Assembly: GCA_050737995.1 (NCBI GenBank) | Contig: JBOHYR010000066.1 | Location: forward strand, 41,864 to 105,863 | Direction of reading: 5' to 3' | DNA from: Rhodanobacteraceae bacterium | GTDB taxonomy: Bacteria > Pseudomonadota > Gammaproteobacteria > Xanthomonadales > Rhodanobacteraceae | Length of the DNA stretch: 64,000 nt | Part shown: piece by piece, positions 29,612 to 39,654 of the stretch | Layout of the letters: every line of letters begins with the position of its first letter | Numbering within the stretch: the first letter of the stretch is position 1 | Notes under the pieces: generated by a model | Database searches by the model: none | Seen by the model: the letters and a program-made list of their open reading frames with translations, nothing else | Told to the model about the DNA's origin: nothing | Made by a program: the position numbers and the translations under genes

Positions 29612-31015
29612 ATGGCTTCAGAGGACATCACTTCGCGCAGACCTCTTTCACTGGTCTCGCGGTCGACGATTGCCACCCTGCTGGTGCTGATCGGATTCCT
29701 GGGCGTCACCGGTTTCGCACTGGATCGTGCCTATGGTCAGGCGGCGTTGGCGGGAATGCGCGCGCGACTGCAAAGTTATGCCTATACCTATCTCGCCGGG
29801 ATTGATTTCAGTGCGCGTTCCAATCGGATGATTCCGCCGGACTCGGCACCGCCAAATCCGGATTTCCTGCGCCCAGGCTCGGGTCTTTACGCTGTGATCG
29901 TGGGCCAGGACGGCCCCCCCTGGGAATCGCCCTCGGCGCTAGGCCGCGATCTGCCGTTTCACCAGTTGCTGGTGCCTGGCGTCACCCGTTTCGCAGGGCC
30001 GGTCGCAACCCAGGCCGGCCAGTTGTACGTGCTGAGCCAAGGCGTCGACTGGGTGCTGCAGGACCATAGCGGCTATCGACTCACGGTCTATATCGCCGAA
30101 AACGAAGGGTTATACCAGGCCGGGCTGGCGGCGTATCGGCGCACCCTGTTCGGCTGGCTGGGCGCACTCGGGTTGGCATTGCTGGTGTTGCAACAGATTC
30201 TATTGCGCTGGAGCCTCTCGCCGCTGAGACGCGTGGCGCGAGACCTCGCCAGAATCGAGCGCGGCAACGCCGAGAGGCTGGGTGGACCCTATCCACGTGA
30301 GGTGTCGGTGTTGACGCGTGGCCTGAACCGCTTCATCGAGAGTGAACGCGAACACCTGAAGCGGTACCGCAACACGCTCGATGACCTGGCGCACAGCCTC
30401 AAGACGCCGCTGGCGGTGGCGCGATCTCGGTTGGAATCAGGCGACAGCGAAGCGGATATCCGCGATGAACTCATGTCGCAGGTGCAGCACATGGACCAGA
30501 TCGTCGCGTACCAGCTCGCGCGCGCCAAGATGTCAGGCCATTCCACCTTTGCCGCGCCGATCCCGGTGCAAAATCACGCCGAGGCGGTCGTGCGCAGCCT
30601 GGAACGCGTGTATGCCGGCAAGAAAGTCCTGTGCGAGTTCGATATCGACGAGGGCACGAATTTCTTCGGCGAAGAAGGTGACTTGCTGGAGTTGCTTGGC
30701 AACCTGCTGGAGAACGCGTTCAAGTGGGCCAATCACCGTGTACTGTTGAGTGTGAAGAAACTTGCCCCGGAAAATCCAAGGGCATGGCGCCTCGGCCTGG
30801 ACATCCGTGTCGAAGACGACGGCCCCGGGATTCCGCCAGAACAATTGGAGCAGGTGCTGCAACGGGGTGTGCGTGGCGACGAGCGCGTGCAGGGTCACGG
30901 CATCGGGCTTGCCATCGTCGAGGACATCGTGCGTTCGTATAGCGGCACACTGCAGGTGGATCGCTCCGCCGAACTGGGCGGCGCGTGCTTCCACGTGAGC
31001 ATCACAGAAACGTGA
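29612..31015 (+). CDS. Sensor histidine kinase (PhoQ-like)
   Basis: Two TM segments flank a periplasmic domain, followed by a HAMP region. It has H-box LAHSLKTPLA, N-box LLENAFKWA and G-boxes DDGPGI and GHGIGLAI. Confidence 0.88.
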   Translation: MASEDITSRRPLSLVSRSTIATLLVLIGFLGVTGFALDRAYGQAALAGMRARLQSYAYTYLAGIDFSARSNRMIPPDSAPPNPDFLRPGSGLYAVIVGQDGPPWESPSALGRDLPFHQLLVPGVTRFAGPVATQAGQLYVLSQGVDWVLQDHSGYRLTVYIAENEGLYQAGLAAYRRTLFGWLGALGLALLVLQQILLRWSLSPLRRVARDLARIERGNAERLGGPYPREVSVLTRGLNRFIESEREHLKRYRNTLDDLAHSLKTPLAVARSRLESGDSEADIRDELMSQVQHMDQIVAYQLARAKMSGHSTFAAPIPVQNHAEAVVRSLERVYAGKKVLCEFDIDEGTNFFGEEGDLLELLGNLLENAFKWANHRVLLSVKKLAPENPRAWRLGLDIRVEDDGPGIPPEQLEQVLQRGVRGDERVQGHGIGLAIVEDIVRSYSGTLQVDRSAELGGACFHVSITET

Positions 31016-31028
31016 GTCCGGAGGCTGG

Positions 31029-31403
31029 TTACTGGATGGAACCCGGGAGCAGTGACTGCCAAGATGCGGAGCTGGGAGCAGTCGTAGGCTTGGCCGTCCC
31101 GCCGCGGGGCTTGTTGCTTGCCGATGTCCGGTGGATGGGCCGTGCTGCGTTCGATGGCGCTGGCGTGGACCCGGCGTGGGGCATCGCTGGCGGGGTACCG
31201 GAAGAATCATCCTCGCTGGCTTCAGCAACGTCGAGTTTCGGCATCGCGCCCGTTGGCGCGGTATGCGCCTGCGCGTCGGGTAGCTGCGGCGCACCGTTTT
31301 CTGAAGCAAGCAGCGGGCGATTCGGGCCATAATCAAGCGCTGCCGCAACGAGCGGCAACGCCCCCAAAATCAACGCCGTCAGCAACAACGACAGGTGTTT
31401 CAT
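31029..31403 (-). CDS. Hypothetical Pro/Ala/Ser-rich secreted protein
   Basis: The ATG at 31403 gives a signal peptide, MKHLSLLLTALILGALPLVAAA. The rest is low complexity. Coding status is uncertain in this GC background. Confidence 0.4.
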   Translation of the reverse strand: MKHLSLLLTALILGALPLVAAALDYGPNRPLLASENGAPQLPDAQAHTAPTGAMPKLDVAEASEDDSSGTPPAMPHAGSTPAPSNAARPIHRTSASNKPRGGTAKPTTAPSSASWQSLLPGSIQ

Positions 31404-31501
31404 GACAGCCCCCGAGACAGCGCATGCCGGATGCCCATATTGACACATCCCTCCAGCGGTCGCCACAGACCCTCGTGGTGTCCGGTTTGACGCCGTCGGC
31501 G

Positions 31502-32467
31502 ATGCCATCAGTGGTGCATCTGCTGGCTTCCGGAGCTTCGCTCGCCGGACCGGATCTGGCCCGGCGGCTGGGCATTTCGCGGGCTGCGGTCTGGAAACAG
31601 ATCGACGTGTTGCGGCACGCCGGTCTCGAAGTGATGTCGGATGCGCGCGGCTACCGGCTTCAGAGGCGACTCGACCTGCTGGACGTGGAACAGATCCGCG
31701 CGGACCTGTCCTCTGCGCTGCGGCGCCAGGTCGGCCAGATCGAAAACCATTGGCGACTCGATTCGACCTCCAACGAACTGGCACGGCGGGCGGCGAGCTT
31801 GCCCGACCTGTCCTTCGTGTTCGCAGACTGGCAACAGGCAGGGCGCGGTCGGCGTGGCCGGCAGTGGCTTTCGCCCCCGGCCAGCAATCTCCAGTTTTCC
31901 TGTCTGAAACGTTTCAACGGCAGCTACGCGGCGCTATCTGGGCTGTCGCTAGCCGTGGGCATCGCCGCGGTCCGGGCGCTGGAGTCCTGCGGTGTCGGGG
32001 GTGTCGCCCTGAAGTGGCCGAACGACCTGGTGCACCACGGTGCGAAACTCGGCGGTATTCTGGTCGAACTGGGTGGTGAGTTCATGGGGCCGTGCTACGC
32101 GATCATCGGAATCGGGATCAACATGTATCTGCCCGAGGTAATGCGCCGCACGCTGGATAAGCCGAGTGTGGACTTGACCGAGCTGTGCGGTGGCGCAGTG
32201 CCGACGCGCAATGAACTGGCGGGTGCGTTGATCGCGCGGCTGGCCGTGGAACTGGAGGCGTTCGACCAATCCGGATTTTCCGCCTTTGCGGAAACATGGG
32301 CAGCACGCGACGCACTGGCCGGGCGCCGCGTCCGCATTGAGCAAGCGCGCGGCCACTTCGATGATGGGATTGCTGAGGGCGTCGATGCGCGTGGGGCCTT
32401 GCGGGTGCGCACCGCGGCGGGGCTGTGCAGCATCGATAGTGGCGAAGTGACGGTGCGACCAGCGTGA
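31502..32467 (+). CDS. birA: Bifunctional biotin--[acetyl-CoA-carboxylase] ligase / biotin operon repressor
   Basis: N-terminal HTH (LARRLGISRAAVWKQIDVLR) and the GRGRRGRQW biotin-binding motif. The ATG at 31502 was preferred over 31424 on length grounds. Confidence 0.88.
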   Translation: MPSVVHLLASGASLAGPDLARRLGISRAAVWKQIDVLRHAGLEVMSDARGYRLQRRLDLLDVEQIRADLSSALRRQVGQIENHWRLDSTSNELARRAASLPDLSFVFADWQQAGRGRRGRQWLSPPASNLQFSCLKRFNGSYAALSGLSLAVGIAAVRALESCGVGGVALKWPNDLVHHGAKLGGILVELGGEFMGPCYAIIGIGINMYLPEVMRRTLDKPSVDLTELCGGAVPTRNELAGALIARLAVELEAFDQSGFSAFAETWAARDALAGRRVRIEQARGHFDDGIAEGVDARGALRVRTAAGLCSIDSGEVTVRPA

Positions 32468-32478
32468 GCGTGTGGCCA

Positions 32479-33246
32479 ATGGAAACATGGTTGCTGGATC
32501 TCGGCAACTCGCGCGCAAAGCTGGCTCGCCTGGAACGGACCGCGCTGATCGACATTGCTGCGCTGGATTGGGCAGGACGCGATTTCGCCCCGGCATTGCG
32601 CGGCGTGTTGGATGCCTGGCCACGGCCGGATCGCATCCTGGTGGCGTCGGTGGCTCCGGCGACGTGTAACAAGGTTTTGCAGGAGTGTCTGCCGAGTGGC
32701 CCAAGCATTCGGGTGGAATGGCTGCGTTCGCCTCGCCAGGCTTGTGGTGTTCGCAATCGTTACGCGAAACCGGAACGGCTCGGCATCGACCGTTTTCTTT
32801 CCATGGTGGCCGTGCGTGCGCGGGCGGCCGGCACGGGCATGGTGGTCGGCTGCGGTACCGCTTTGACGCTGGATGCCATCGCCGCAGACGGCGACCACGC
32901 AGCGGGCCTGACTGCGCTGTCGCCAACGCGAATGCTGGAAGCCTTGGACAGCGACACGGCGATCGCCGACACCAATCCGGATGCGTTCCATGGCCATGGC
33001 GGTGACGATACGGCGGCCGCGTTGCGGGCAGGGTGCTGGGCTGCGGCGGGCGCGTTGGTCGAATGGTTTGCGACACGCCAGAGAGCAGTGTTCGGTGAGG
33101 CGCCTGTCTGGCTGCATGGTGGCTGGGCGGATCCGTTAGCAGAGTGGCTGGCACGCGACGGGTTTGTCGTGGAGGTACTCGAATACGCTGTACTGCATGG
33201 GCTGGCGGTATGGGCCAAAGTGCGAGATATGGAACATGCGACGTAG
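32479..33246 (+). CDS. coaX: Type III pantothenate kinase
   Basis: The LLDLGNSRAKLA N-terminal motif and its position after birA. An alternative GTG start at 32464 overlaps the birA stop. Confidence 0.88.
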   Translation: METWLLDLGNSRAKLARLERTALIDIAALDWAGRDFAPALRGVLDAWPRPDRILVASVAPATCNKVLQECLPSGPSIRVEWLRSPRQACGVRNRYAKPERLGIDRFLSMVAVRARAAGTGMVVGCGTALTLDAIAADGDHAAGLTALSPTRMLEALDSDTAIADTNPDAFHGHGGDDTAAALRAGCWAAAGALVEWFATRQRAVFGEAPVWLHGGWADPLAEWLARDGFVVEVLEYAVLHGLAVWAKVRDMEHAT

Positions 33247-33290
33247 AATCCCCAACACGCGACGGTCGCAATGCCATTCATGGGAGCCTG

Positions 33291-33977
33291 ATGTTCGTTC
33301 GCCTCTTGTTCCTGTTGCTGCTGGCGCTTAACGTTGGTGCAGGCGCGTGGCTGCTGTTCGGCCGTGCGCCCGCGGCGTCGTTCCCGCCGGCAACGGATCC
33401 CGGCGTACCCGAGTTGCGTCTGTGGTCGGAGAGGACGAAGGCCATGGGTCGTGCCGGGTCGGCAGCCAGCGCAATGTCCCTTGCGCCATCCGTTGCGTCG
33501 ACCGCCGCACCGCTTACCTCGGATTCCTGCATGACCCTCGGCCCTTTCATGACCACCGTCGACATGCGTGCTGCGATGCAAACCCTGTCGCCACACGTTG
33601 CCCGCATCCAGTATCGCGAGGAACAGGTGAGCCGTTCGCACGGCTACTGGGTCTACCTGCCCGCGGCAGCAAGCCGCGAGGCGGCGCTGGACGACGCGCG
33701 CCAGCTCTCTGCCAAGGACATCCACGATTACTACGTCGTCACCGCGGGCGATTCCCAGAACACGATCTCGCTCGGCTTGTTCAACGACGAAGGCAATGCG
33801 AACAAGCGCGTTGCGACGCTGTTGGAAAAAGGGTTCCCAGCCAAGGTCGAGCAACGCGTCGACACCGAGCCCGCATACTGGCTGGATTACGCGACGCCGA
33901 CAGGCAGCGCGTTCGACTGGCAGGCGTGGCTGCCCGGCCGCAACGACCTGCAATCGAAATCAATCGATTGCTTTTGA
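33291..33977 (+). CDS. SPOR domain-containing membrane protein
   Basis: The ATG at 33291 has a GGGAG SD. It has an N-terminal TM helix and a C-terminal SPOR-like repeat (YWVYLPAAASREAA...ISLGLFNDEGNANKRV). Confidence 0.7.
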   Translation: MFVRLLFLLLLALNVGAGAWLLFGRAPAASFPPATDPGVPELRLWSERTKAMGRAGSAASAMSLAPSVASTAAPLTSDSCMTLGPFMTTVDMRAAMQTLSPHVARIQYREEQVSRSHGYWVYLPAAASREAALDDARQLSAKDIHDYYVVTAGDSQNTISLGLFNDEGNANKRVATLLEKGFPAKVEQRVDTEPAYWLDYATPTGSAFDWQAWLPGRNDLQSKSIDCF

Positions 33978-34014
33978 TCCCCGTTATCGCGTCGTGCGAT
34001 GATGGCGCCGGCGT

Positions 34015-34087
34015 GCCGGCATAGCTCAGTTGGTAGAGCAACCGCCTTGTAAGCGGTAGGTCGTCTGTTCGAGTCAGACTGCCGGCA
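34015..34087 (+). tRNA. tRNA-Thr (anticodon TGT)
   Basis: Manual cloverleaf: acceptor GCCGGCA/TGCCGGC, D-arm GCTC-AGTTGGTA-GAGC, anticodon arm ACCGC-CTTGTAA-GCGGT, T-arm GTCTG-TTCGAGT-CAGAC. CCA is not encoded. Confidence 0.93.
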
Positions 34088-34123
34088 TCACACGGATACC
34101 CCGGCGGTACGGACAGATGAGCG

Positions 34124-34465
34124 ATGGCGGCTGAATTGGATCCTCGCGAAGTGGCGTTCCAGGCGCAAATCGAGGCGCTGCGCCGGCATTTTATGCAAGA
34201 GTTGCCCGAGCGCCGCGCGGCGCTGGCTGCCGCCTGGAACGATTGCGCCAACGCTGGCGATGAAGCGCCGTGGCAGCGCCTGCGAGATGTTGCGCACAAG
34301 CTGTCGGGGTCGGCGCCGTGTTATGGGCTCGATGCTATCGGCAACATGGCCCGCGATCTGGACAAGCTGCTTTCCGGGCGCGCTCCGTGCCGCGAGCGAG
34401 CTGCGGTCGAAGTCGCCGTCACGGCGCTGGTTGTGGCGCTGGACGTGGCGATCGGGTCAACGTAA
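34124..34465 (+). CDS. Stand-alone Hpt (histidine phosphotransfer) domain protein
   Basis: 113-aa helical ORF with the Hpt signature HKLSGSA in a four-helix-bundle-like context. Confidence 0.7.
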   Translation: MAAELDPREVAFQAQIEALRRHFMQELPERRAALAAAWNDCANAGDEAPWQRLRDVAHKLSGSAPCYGLDAIGNMARDLDKLLSGRAPCRERAAVEVAVTALVVALDVAIGST

Positions 34466-34537
34466 CGCTGCGGGTGGTGGCAGCCGTGACCGCCGGTTAT
34501 GCTTGTGTGTTCGAGCGCAAGCTTCGGGTGACGGAAC

Positions 34538-35461
34538 GTGGTGACCAAGGCAAAATCGATTTCCCTGATCGGCGCGCCCACCGACATCGGCGCGTCGGAT
34601 CGCGGCTCTTCGATGGGTCCGGAGGCCTTGCGTGTGGCCGGATTGCCTGAGGCGCTTGCGGCGCGCGGGCTTGATGTCGTCGATCGCGGCAATGTTTCCG
34701 GGCCGCCCAATCCGTGGCAGCCCCCGCACGATGGTTACCGGCATTTTGATGAAGTCGTCGCCTGGAACCAGGCAGTGATGCAGGCCGAACTGGCCGAGCT
34801 CGAGGGCGGTCGGATGCCGATCCTGATGGGCGGCGATCATTGCTTGGGCATCGGCTCGATCAGCGCGGTCGCCCGGTATTGCCGGGAACGCGATCGCAAA
34901 CTGCGTGTGTTCTGGCTGGATGCCCACTCCGATTTCAACACCTCCGAAATCAGCCCCTCGGGCAACATCCACGGCATGCCCGTCGCGTGCCTTTGCGGGC
35001 TCGGTCCGCGCGAGCTGACCGAGATGAACGGCACGGTCTCTGCGCTCACGGCCGACATGATTCGCCAGATCGGCATCCGCTCGGTCGATCCGAACGAGAA
35101 GAGGCTGGTCCACCAGGCGGGTCTCGAAATCTTTGACATGCGCTACATCGATGAGGTCGGGATGAAGCGGGTCATGGAGGAATCGCTGGGAGGCCTCGAC
35201 CGGAACACCCACCTGCATGTCAGTTTCGACGTCGATTTCCTCGACCCGTCGATCGCGCCGGCGGTCGGGACCACGGTGCTGGGCGGTCCGAGCTACCGTG
35301 AGGCGCAGCTTTGCATGGAGATGATCGCGGATACGGGATTGGCGGCTTCGCTTGACATCATGGAGTTGAATCCGGCGCTGGACGAACGCAATCGCACCGC
35401 CGAACTGGTGGTGGATCTCGTGGAAAGCCTGTTCGGAAAATCGACCCTGATGCGGACCTAG
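34538..35461 (+). CDS. Arginase (ureohydrolase family)
   Basis: Mn-binding motifs GGDHCLG, DAHSDFN and SFDVDFLDP, with full-length arginase-like sequence. GTG start. Confidence 0.9.
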   Translation: MVTKAKSISLIGAPTDIGASDRGSSMGPEALRVAGLPEALAARGLDVVDRGNVSGPPNPWQPPHDGYRHFDEVVAWNQAVMQAELAELEGGRMPILMGGDHCLGIGSISAVARYCRERDRKLRVFWLDAHSDFNTSEISPSGNIHGMPVACLCGLGPRELTEMNGTVSALTADMIRQIGIRSVDPNEKRLVHQAGLEIFDMRYIDEVGMKRVMEESLGGLDRNTHLHVSFDVDFLDPSIAPAVGTTVLGGPSYREAQLCMEMIADTGLAASLDIMELNPALDERNRTAELVVDLVESLFGKSTLMRT

Positions 35462-35743
35462 GACTCTTTGATCGGTTTCTGCGCGAATGCTTCCCAACGC
35501 GCTCTTTATCCGCTCGCTGGAACCACCCTGTTCGTTCGCAATTCCTCGTTGCGGTGGTTTGACATACAAGCAGCCTGTCTGCCCCGGCGCGCTTCGATTT
35601 GCGAGCAGACGGGAACGGGGGTGACACCTACGTGGGGGCCAACCGGAGCACTTTTGCAGCGTCAGAATGTGCCGCTATGCGTCCCGGTATGAGACGCGCG
35701 TCAACAATCAGTTGTTCATCTGGTCAACAACTGTCACGCGAGC

Positions 35744-37648
35744 ATGGACGGTGCACGTGCGAGCACGCCTCTTGCACCAGACGCTCCGGCATCGCAATGG
35801 TCGCGGTGCACGGATCGCGCTCAAGGAGGCGTCGTGGCGGCAAACAGGGGACAACTCGGCATTCTCGCAGCCATTCCAGGCGCACGTGCATCGCTGCGCT
35901 GGCACGGATGGCTCGGGATCGCGTTGTTGGTGATTCCGGCGGTCTTTTTGGCCGTACTGGCGGAAACTGGTGGCAACCTCGCGCTGGCTGACAACGTGGG
36001 ATTCCTGCTGGCGGCGCTCGGGGTATTGGCGCTGACGGGAACCGGCGTTTTGCTGATATTGATCCTCGCTGGCCTGCGCCGGGTTACGGAATTGGCCCAA
36101 TTGCTTTGCGAGCGCAGCCACGATCCCGTATTTGTCAAGGACGCCGGACACCGCTATCGATTCCTCAATGAGGCTGCGGCGGCACTGCTCGAGCGTCGAG
36201 CGGCGGACGTGGTCGGGCGGTCCGATAGCGAACTCCAGCCCGGTGCGGAAGCGCTGGCCTACGAAGAAAACGACCGCGTTTGCCTGGATCGCGACCTGCC
36301 CACAATGTTTCGCGAGTCACAAAAGATCGCCGGCGGCGGTGAGCGCATTTTCCTGGTCTCCAAATACCCCATACACGACACGCGTGGCAGAAACACGGGG
36401 TTGGTCGGGTCGGCACGCAACATCACGGACGAGCTTGAACTGCAGCGAATGGTTCGTAGACGCGCAGACGAACAGCGCGTGTGGTTCGACCAGAATCCGC
36501 TACCGGTGGTGATATTCGCCAGTTCCAGCTTGCGCATCATCAAGGCCAATGCGGCGGCCGAACAATGTTATGGCCATGGTCGCCAGAGCTTGCAACAGAT
36601 GCACCTGCCAGAATTGTTTACCGAGGCGGAGGCGGACCGTTTGCGCGCCTATCTGCGTGACGACGGGCGTGTCATCCCGCCGGGTAGCGTCGGCTGGCGC
36701 CATCGTCGCGCCACGGGTGAGGCGTTCGATGCGCTCACGGATATCGGCAATCTCCTGCACGAGGATATCCCTGCGCGCGTCATGATGGTGCGGGACGTGT
36801 CCGCGGAAAACGCCATGAAGCACGCGATGAACGATTGCGCGACACGCTACGAAGACCTCGTGGAATCGGGTCTATCGATGGTTTGGATGCACGATCTGGA
36901 CGGACGCCTGCTCAGGGTCAATACCGCGATGGCGCATGCGCTGGGCTACGAACGCGAGGAAATGGTCGGACGGCCGCTCGTCGACTTCATTGCCGAGGAA
37001 GCGCAGGAAACATGGAACGACTACATGAACCGTACCCATAGCCTCAGGCGTGACGCTGGCGTGTTGCATTTCGTGTCGCGCAATGGCGAGCGGAGAGTGT
37101 GGCAGTACCAGTTCGTCTGCTACCCGGATGCCGAGCCGACACCGTATGTCCTTGGTGCCGCGCAGGATGTGACCTTGCGGCACCGCTACGAGTCGCGCCT
37201 GCGGGAGCAGAACCAACGCGACACCCTCACCGGTTGCCGCACTCGCCGATTCCTGGACGCCTTCGCGCTGCAGGCCGCACACGACCAGGTTTGGGGTTGC
37301 GTGGTGGTCGACATCGACTACTTTCGACAGTTGAACGCCAGCGAAGGTCGGGCTCGCGGTGACGCGTTGTTGCGCGAGATGGCAACGTTGCTCGACAACA
37401 ACGCGGGTTCGAGCGACATTGTCGTGCGGATGGGTGCTGACGAGTTCGCGGTGGTGATGCCGAACGCGACCGAAAACACTGCGCGCGAACTGGCAGAGCG
37501 GCTTGGCGTAGCTTCGCGTGATGGCATGCCGGCGGTATTTTCGCTGGGCTGGGCGATTCGCGAATCCGAAGAACCGCTGGAATCGACCCTGAGACGTGCA
37601 GACAAGATGCTGCTGCGTGCGAAGATCCAGGAGTGCGGCTCGGTTTAG
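35744..37648 (+). CDS. Membrane-anchored multi-PAS diguanylate cyclase-type protein with a variant GADEF active-site motif
   Basis: N-terminal hydrophobic helices, repeated PAS-like segments, and a C-terminal GGDEF domain (DTLTGCRTRRF, VVVDIDYFRQLN, RMGADEFAVVM). The start codon is uncertain. Confidence 0.8.
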   Translation: MDGARASTPLAPDAPASQWSRCTDRAQGGVVAANRGQLGILAAIPGARASLRWHGWLGIALLVIPAVFLAVLAETGGNLALADNVGFLLAALGVLALTGTGVLLILILAGLRRVTELAQLLCERSHDPVFVKDAGHRYRFLNEAAAALLERRAADVVGRSDSELQPGAEALAYEENDRVCLDRDLPTMFRESQKIAGGGERIFLVSKYPIHDTRGRNTGLVGSARNITDELELQRMVRRRADEQRVWFDQNPLPVVIFASSSLRIIKANAAAEQCYGHGRQSLQQMHLPELFTEAEADRLRAYLRDDGRVIPPGSVGWRHRRATGEAFDALTDIGNLLHEDIPARVMMVRDVSAENAMKHAMNDCATRYEDLVESGLSMVWMHDLDGRLLRVNTAMAHALGYEREEMVGRPLVDFIAEEAQETWNDYMNRTHSLRRDAGVLHFVSRNGERRVWQYQFVCYPDAEPTPYVLGAAQDVTLRHRYESRLREQNQRDTLTGCRTRRFLDAFALQAAHDQVWGCVVVDIDYFRQLNASEGRARGDALLREMATLLDNNAGSSDIVVRMGADEFAVVMPNATENTARELAERLGVASRDGMPAVFSLGWAIRESEEPLESTLRRADKMLLRAKIQECGSV

Positions 37649-37726
37649 ATTGCACAGCAGCATGGTCGCGCTTAGCATTGGCGGTTTGGCCTGCCACGCG
37701 CGCAGGCACGCGGAGTCGGGCAGTCG

Positions 37727-39490
37727 ATGCGTAGCCACTATTGCGGATTGATCGGGGAACGGGACGTCGGCCAGCGAGTGGCCATGTGCGGCTGGGCGGA
37801 TGCGCGCCGCGACCATGGCGGCGTTGTGTTCGTCGACCTGCGCGATCACGAGGGTATCGTGCAGGTCGTGGCCGATCCCGACAACGCTACGGTGTTTGCG
37901 ATCGCATCCAGGATCGGTTACGAGGACTGCCTGCGCGTTACCGGCACCGTGCGGTTGCGCAGCAACATCAACGACCGAATTCCAACCGGCCGCTTCGAGG
38001 TCGTGGCCGAATCCATCGAATTGCTGAACGCCGTGCGTGGCCTGCCGTTCGCATTGCATGAGAACCCGAATGAGGAGATACGGCTGAAGTACCGCTATCT
38101 AGATCTGCGCCGCCCCGAGATGCAGAAAATGATGCGTACGCGCGTCAATTTGGTGCAGGCGTTGCGTCGTTGGCTGGACGCGCGTGGTTTCATGGACATC
38201 GAGACGCCGATCCTGACCAAGGCGACGCCCGAAGGCGCTCGCGATTACCTCGTTCCTTCGCGTGTGCACGCAGGACAGTTCTACGCGTTGCCGCAATCGC
38301 CGCAGCTGTTCAAACAGCTCCTGATGATTGCAGGCTTCGATCGCTACTACCAGGTCGCGCGTTGTTTCCGCGACGAGGACCTGCGCGCCGACCGCCAGCC
38401 GGAGTTCACCCAACTCGACATGGAGTTTGCGTTCGTCGAGGAACACGATGTGCAGGATTGTGTCGAGGCGATGATCCGCGATGTGTTCAGGGAAGTTGCG
38501 GGGATCGAACTGGCTGCTCCGTTTCCGCGTCTGACCTGGGCCGAAGCGATGCGTCGTTACGGTTCGGACAAGCCGGATCTGCGCATCGACCTGGAATTGG
38601 TCGATATCGCCAGCGCGGTGAGGCAGATCGAGTTCAAGGTATTCGCCGAACCGGCCAACGCTCGGGACGGGCGCGTTGTTGCGCTGAAGGTTCCGGGTGG
38701 CCACGACCTCTCCCGCAAGCAACTCGATGACTACGCCGCGCACGCCGCGAAGTTCGGTGCCAAAGGCCTCGCGTGGCTGAAGATCGAGGATGCCACGAAG
38801 GGATTGCAAGGCATCAATTCGCCCGTCGCCAAGTTCCTCGACGAGACGACGCTTACGCGTATCCTCGAACTCACCGGTGCTCAAAGCGGCGATGCGTTGT
38901 TGTTCGGCGCCGGCAAGTGGAAAGCGGTGAGCGACTCCATGGGCGCTTTGCGGGTCAAGGTGGCGCGCGATCGCGGCTTGGTCGAAAAGGGATGGAAGCC
39001 ATTGTGGGTGACGGACTTCCCGATGTTCGAATACTCCGCCGCCGAGCGACGTTACGTTGCGTTGCATCACCCGTTCACTGCACCAAAGGTGGATGATCCC
39101 ACGGTCCTCGCGGCCGATCCCGCACACGCGGCCAGTCGCGGCTACGACATGGTGCTGAACGGCGCCGAGGTGGGCGGTGGTTCGATTCGTATCCACCGCC
39201 CGGAAATGCAGAGCGCGGTATTCCGGCTGCTAGGCATCGGCGAGGACGAGGCCCGCGCCAAGTTCGGGTTTCTGCTCGATGCCCTGAAGTTCGGCGCGCC
39301 GCCGCACGGCGGCATCGCCTTCGGCATTGACCGGCTGGCGATGCTGGTGGGTGGTACCGAGGCCATTCGCGACGTAATCGCTTTTCCCAAGACCACCAGC
39401 GCGCAGGATCTGATGACCGATGCGCCGAGTACGATCGACGCCAAACAGCTGGCCGAATTGCACGTCAAAACGATCGAGCCTGCGCCCTGA
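37727..39490 (+). CDS. aspS: Aspartate--tRNA ligase
   Basis: Class II motifs [26 protein letters not shown] and [12 protein letters not shown]. Confidence 0.97.
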   Translation: MRSHYCGLIGERDVGQRVAMCGWADARRDHGGVVFVDLRDHEGIVQVVADPDNATVFAIASRIGYEDCLRVTGTVRLRSNINDRIPTGRFEVVAESIELLNAVRGLPFALHENPNEEIRLKYRYLDLRRPEMQKMMRTRVNLVQALRRWLDARGFMDIETPILTKATPEGARDYLVPSRVHAGQFYALPQSPQLFKQLLMIAGFDRYYQVARCFRDEDLRADRQPEFTQLDMEFAFVEEHDVQDCVEAMIRDVFREVAGIELAAPFPRLTWAEAMRRYGSDKPDLRIDLELVDIASAVRQIEFKVFAEPANARDGRVVALKVPGGHDLSRKQLDDYAAHAAKFGAKGLAWLKIEDATKGLQGINSPVAKFLDETTLTRILELTGAQSGDALLFGAGKWKAVSDSMGALRVKVARDRGLVEKGWKPLWVTDFPMFEYSAAERRYVALHHPFTAPKVDDPTVLAADPAHAASRGYDMVLNGAEVGGGSIRIHRPEMQSAVFRLLGIGEDEARAKFGFLLDALKFGAPPHGGIAFGIDRLAMLVGGTEAIRDVIAFPKTTSAQDLMTDAPSTIDAKQLAELHVKTIEPAP

Positions 39491-39654
39491 CACGGTAAAT
39501 GCATGTTGACCCCCTTGAATCGAGGCGGCGACCGAGTCGTTCAACGTTTTGGCACGGGTGGGGGGAATGCAAACCATGGGGGAGGATGCGAAGTCGTGGC
39601 GGATTGCCAAGTGTTTCCCTAGACTTTCAGGTTTTCAGCATTGACGGAGCCCCC

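Noticed and set aside
36872-38059. 395-aa ORF on the minus strand
   Set aside because: It is antisense to the 3' part of the PAS-GGDEF gene and the 5' part of aspS.
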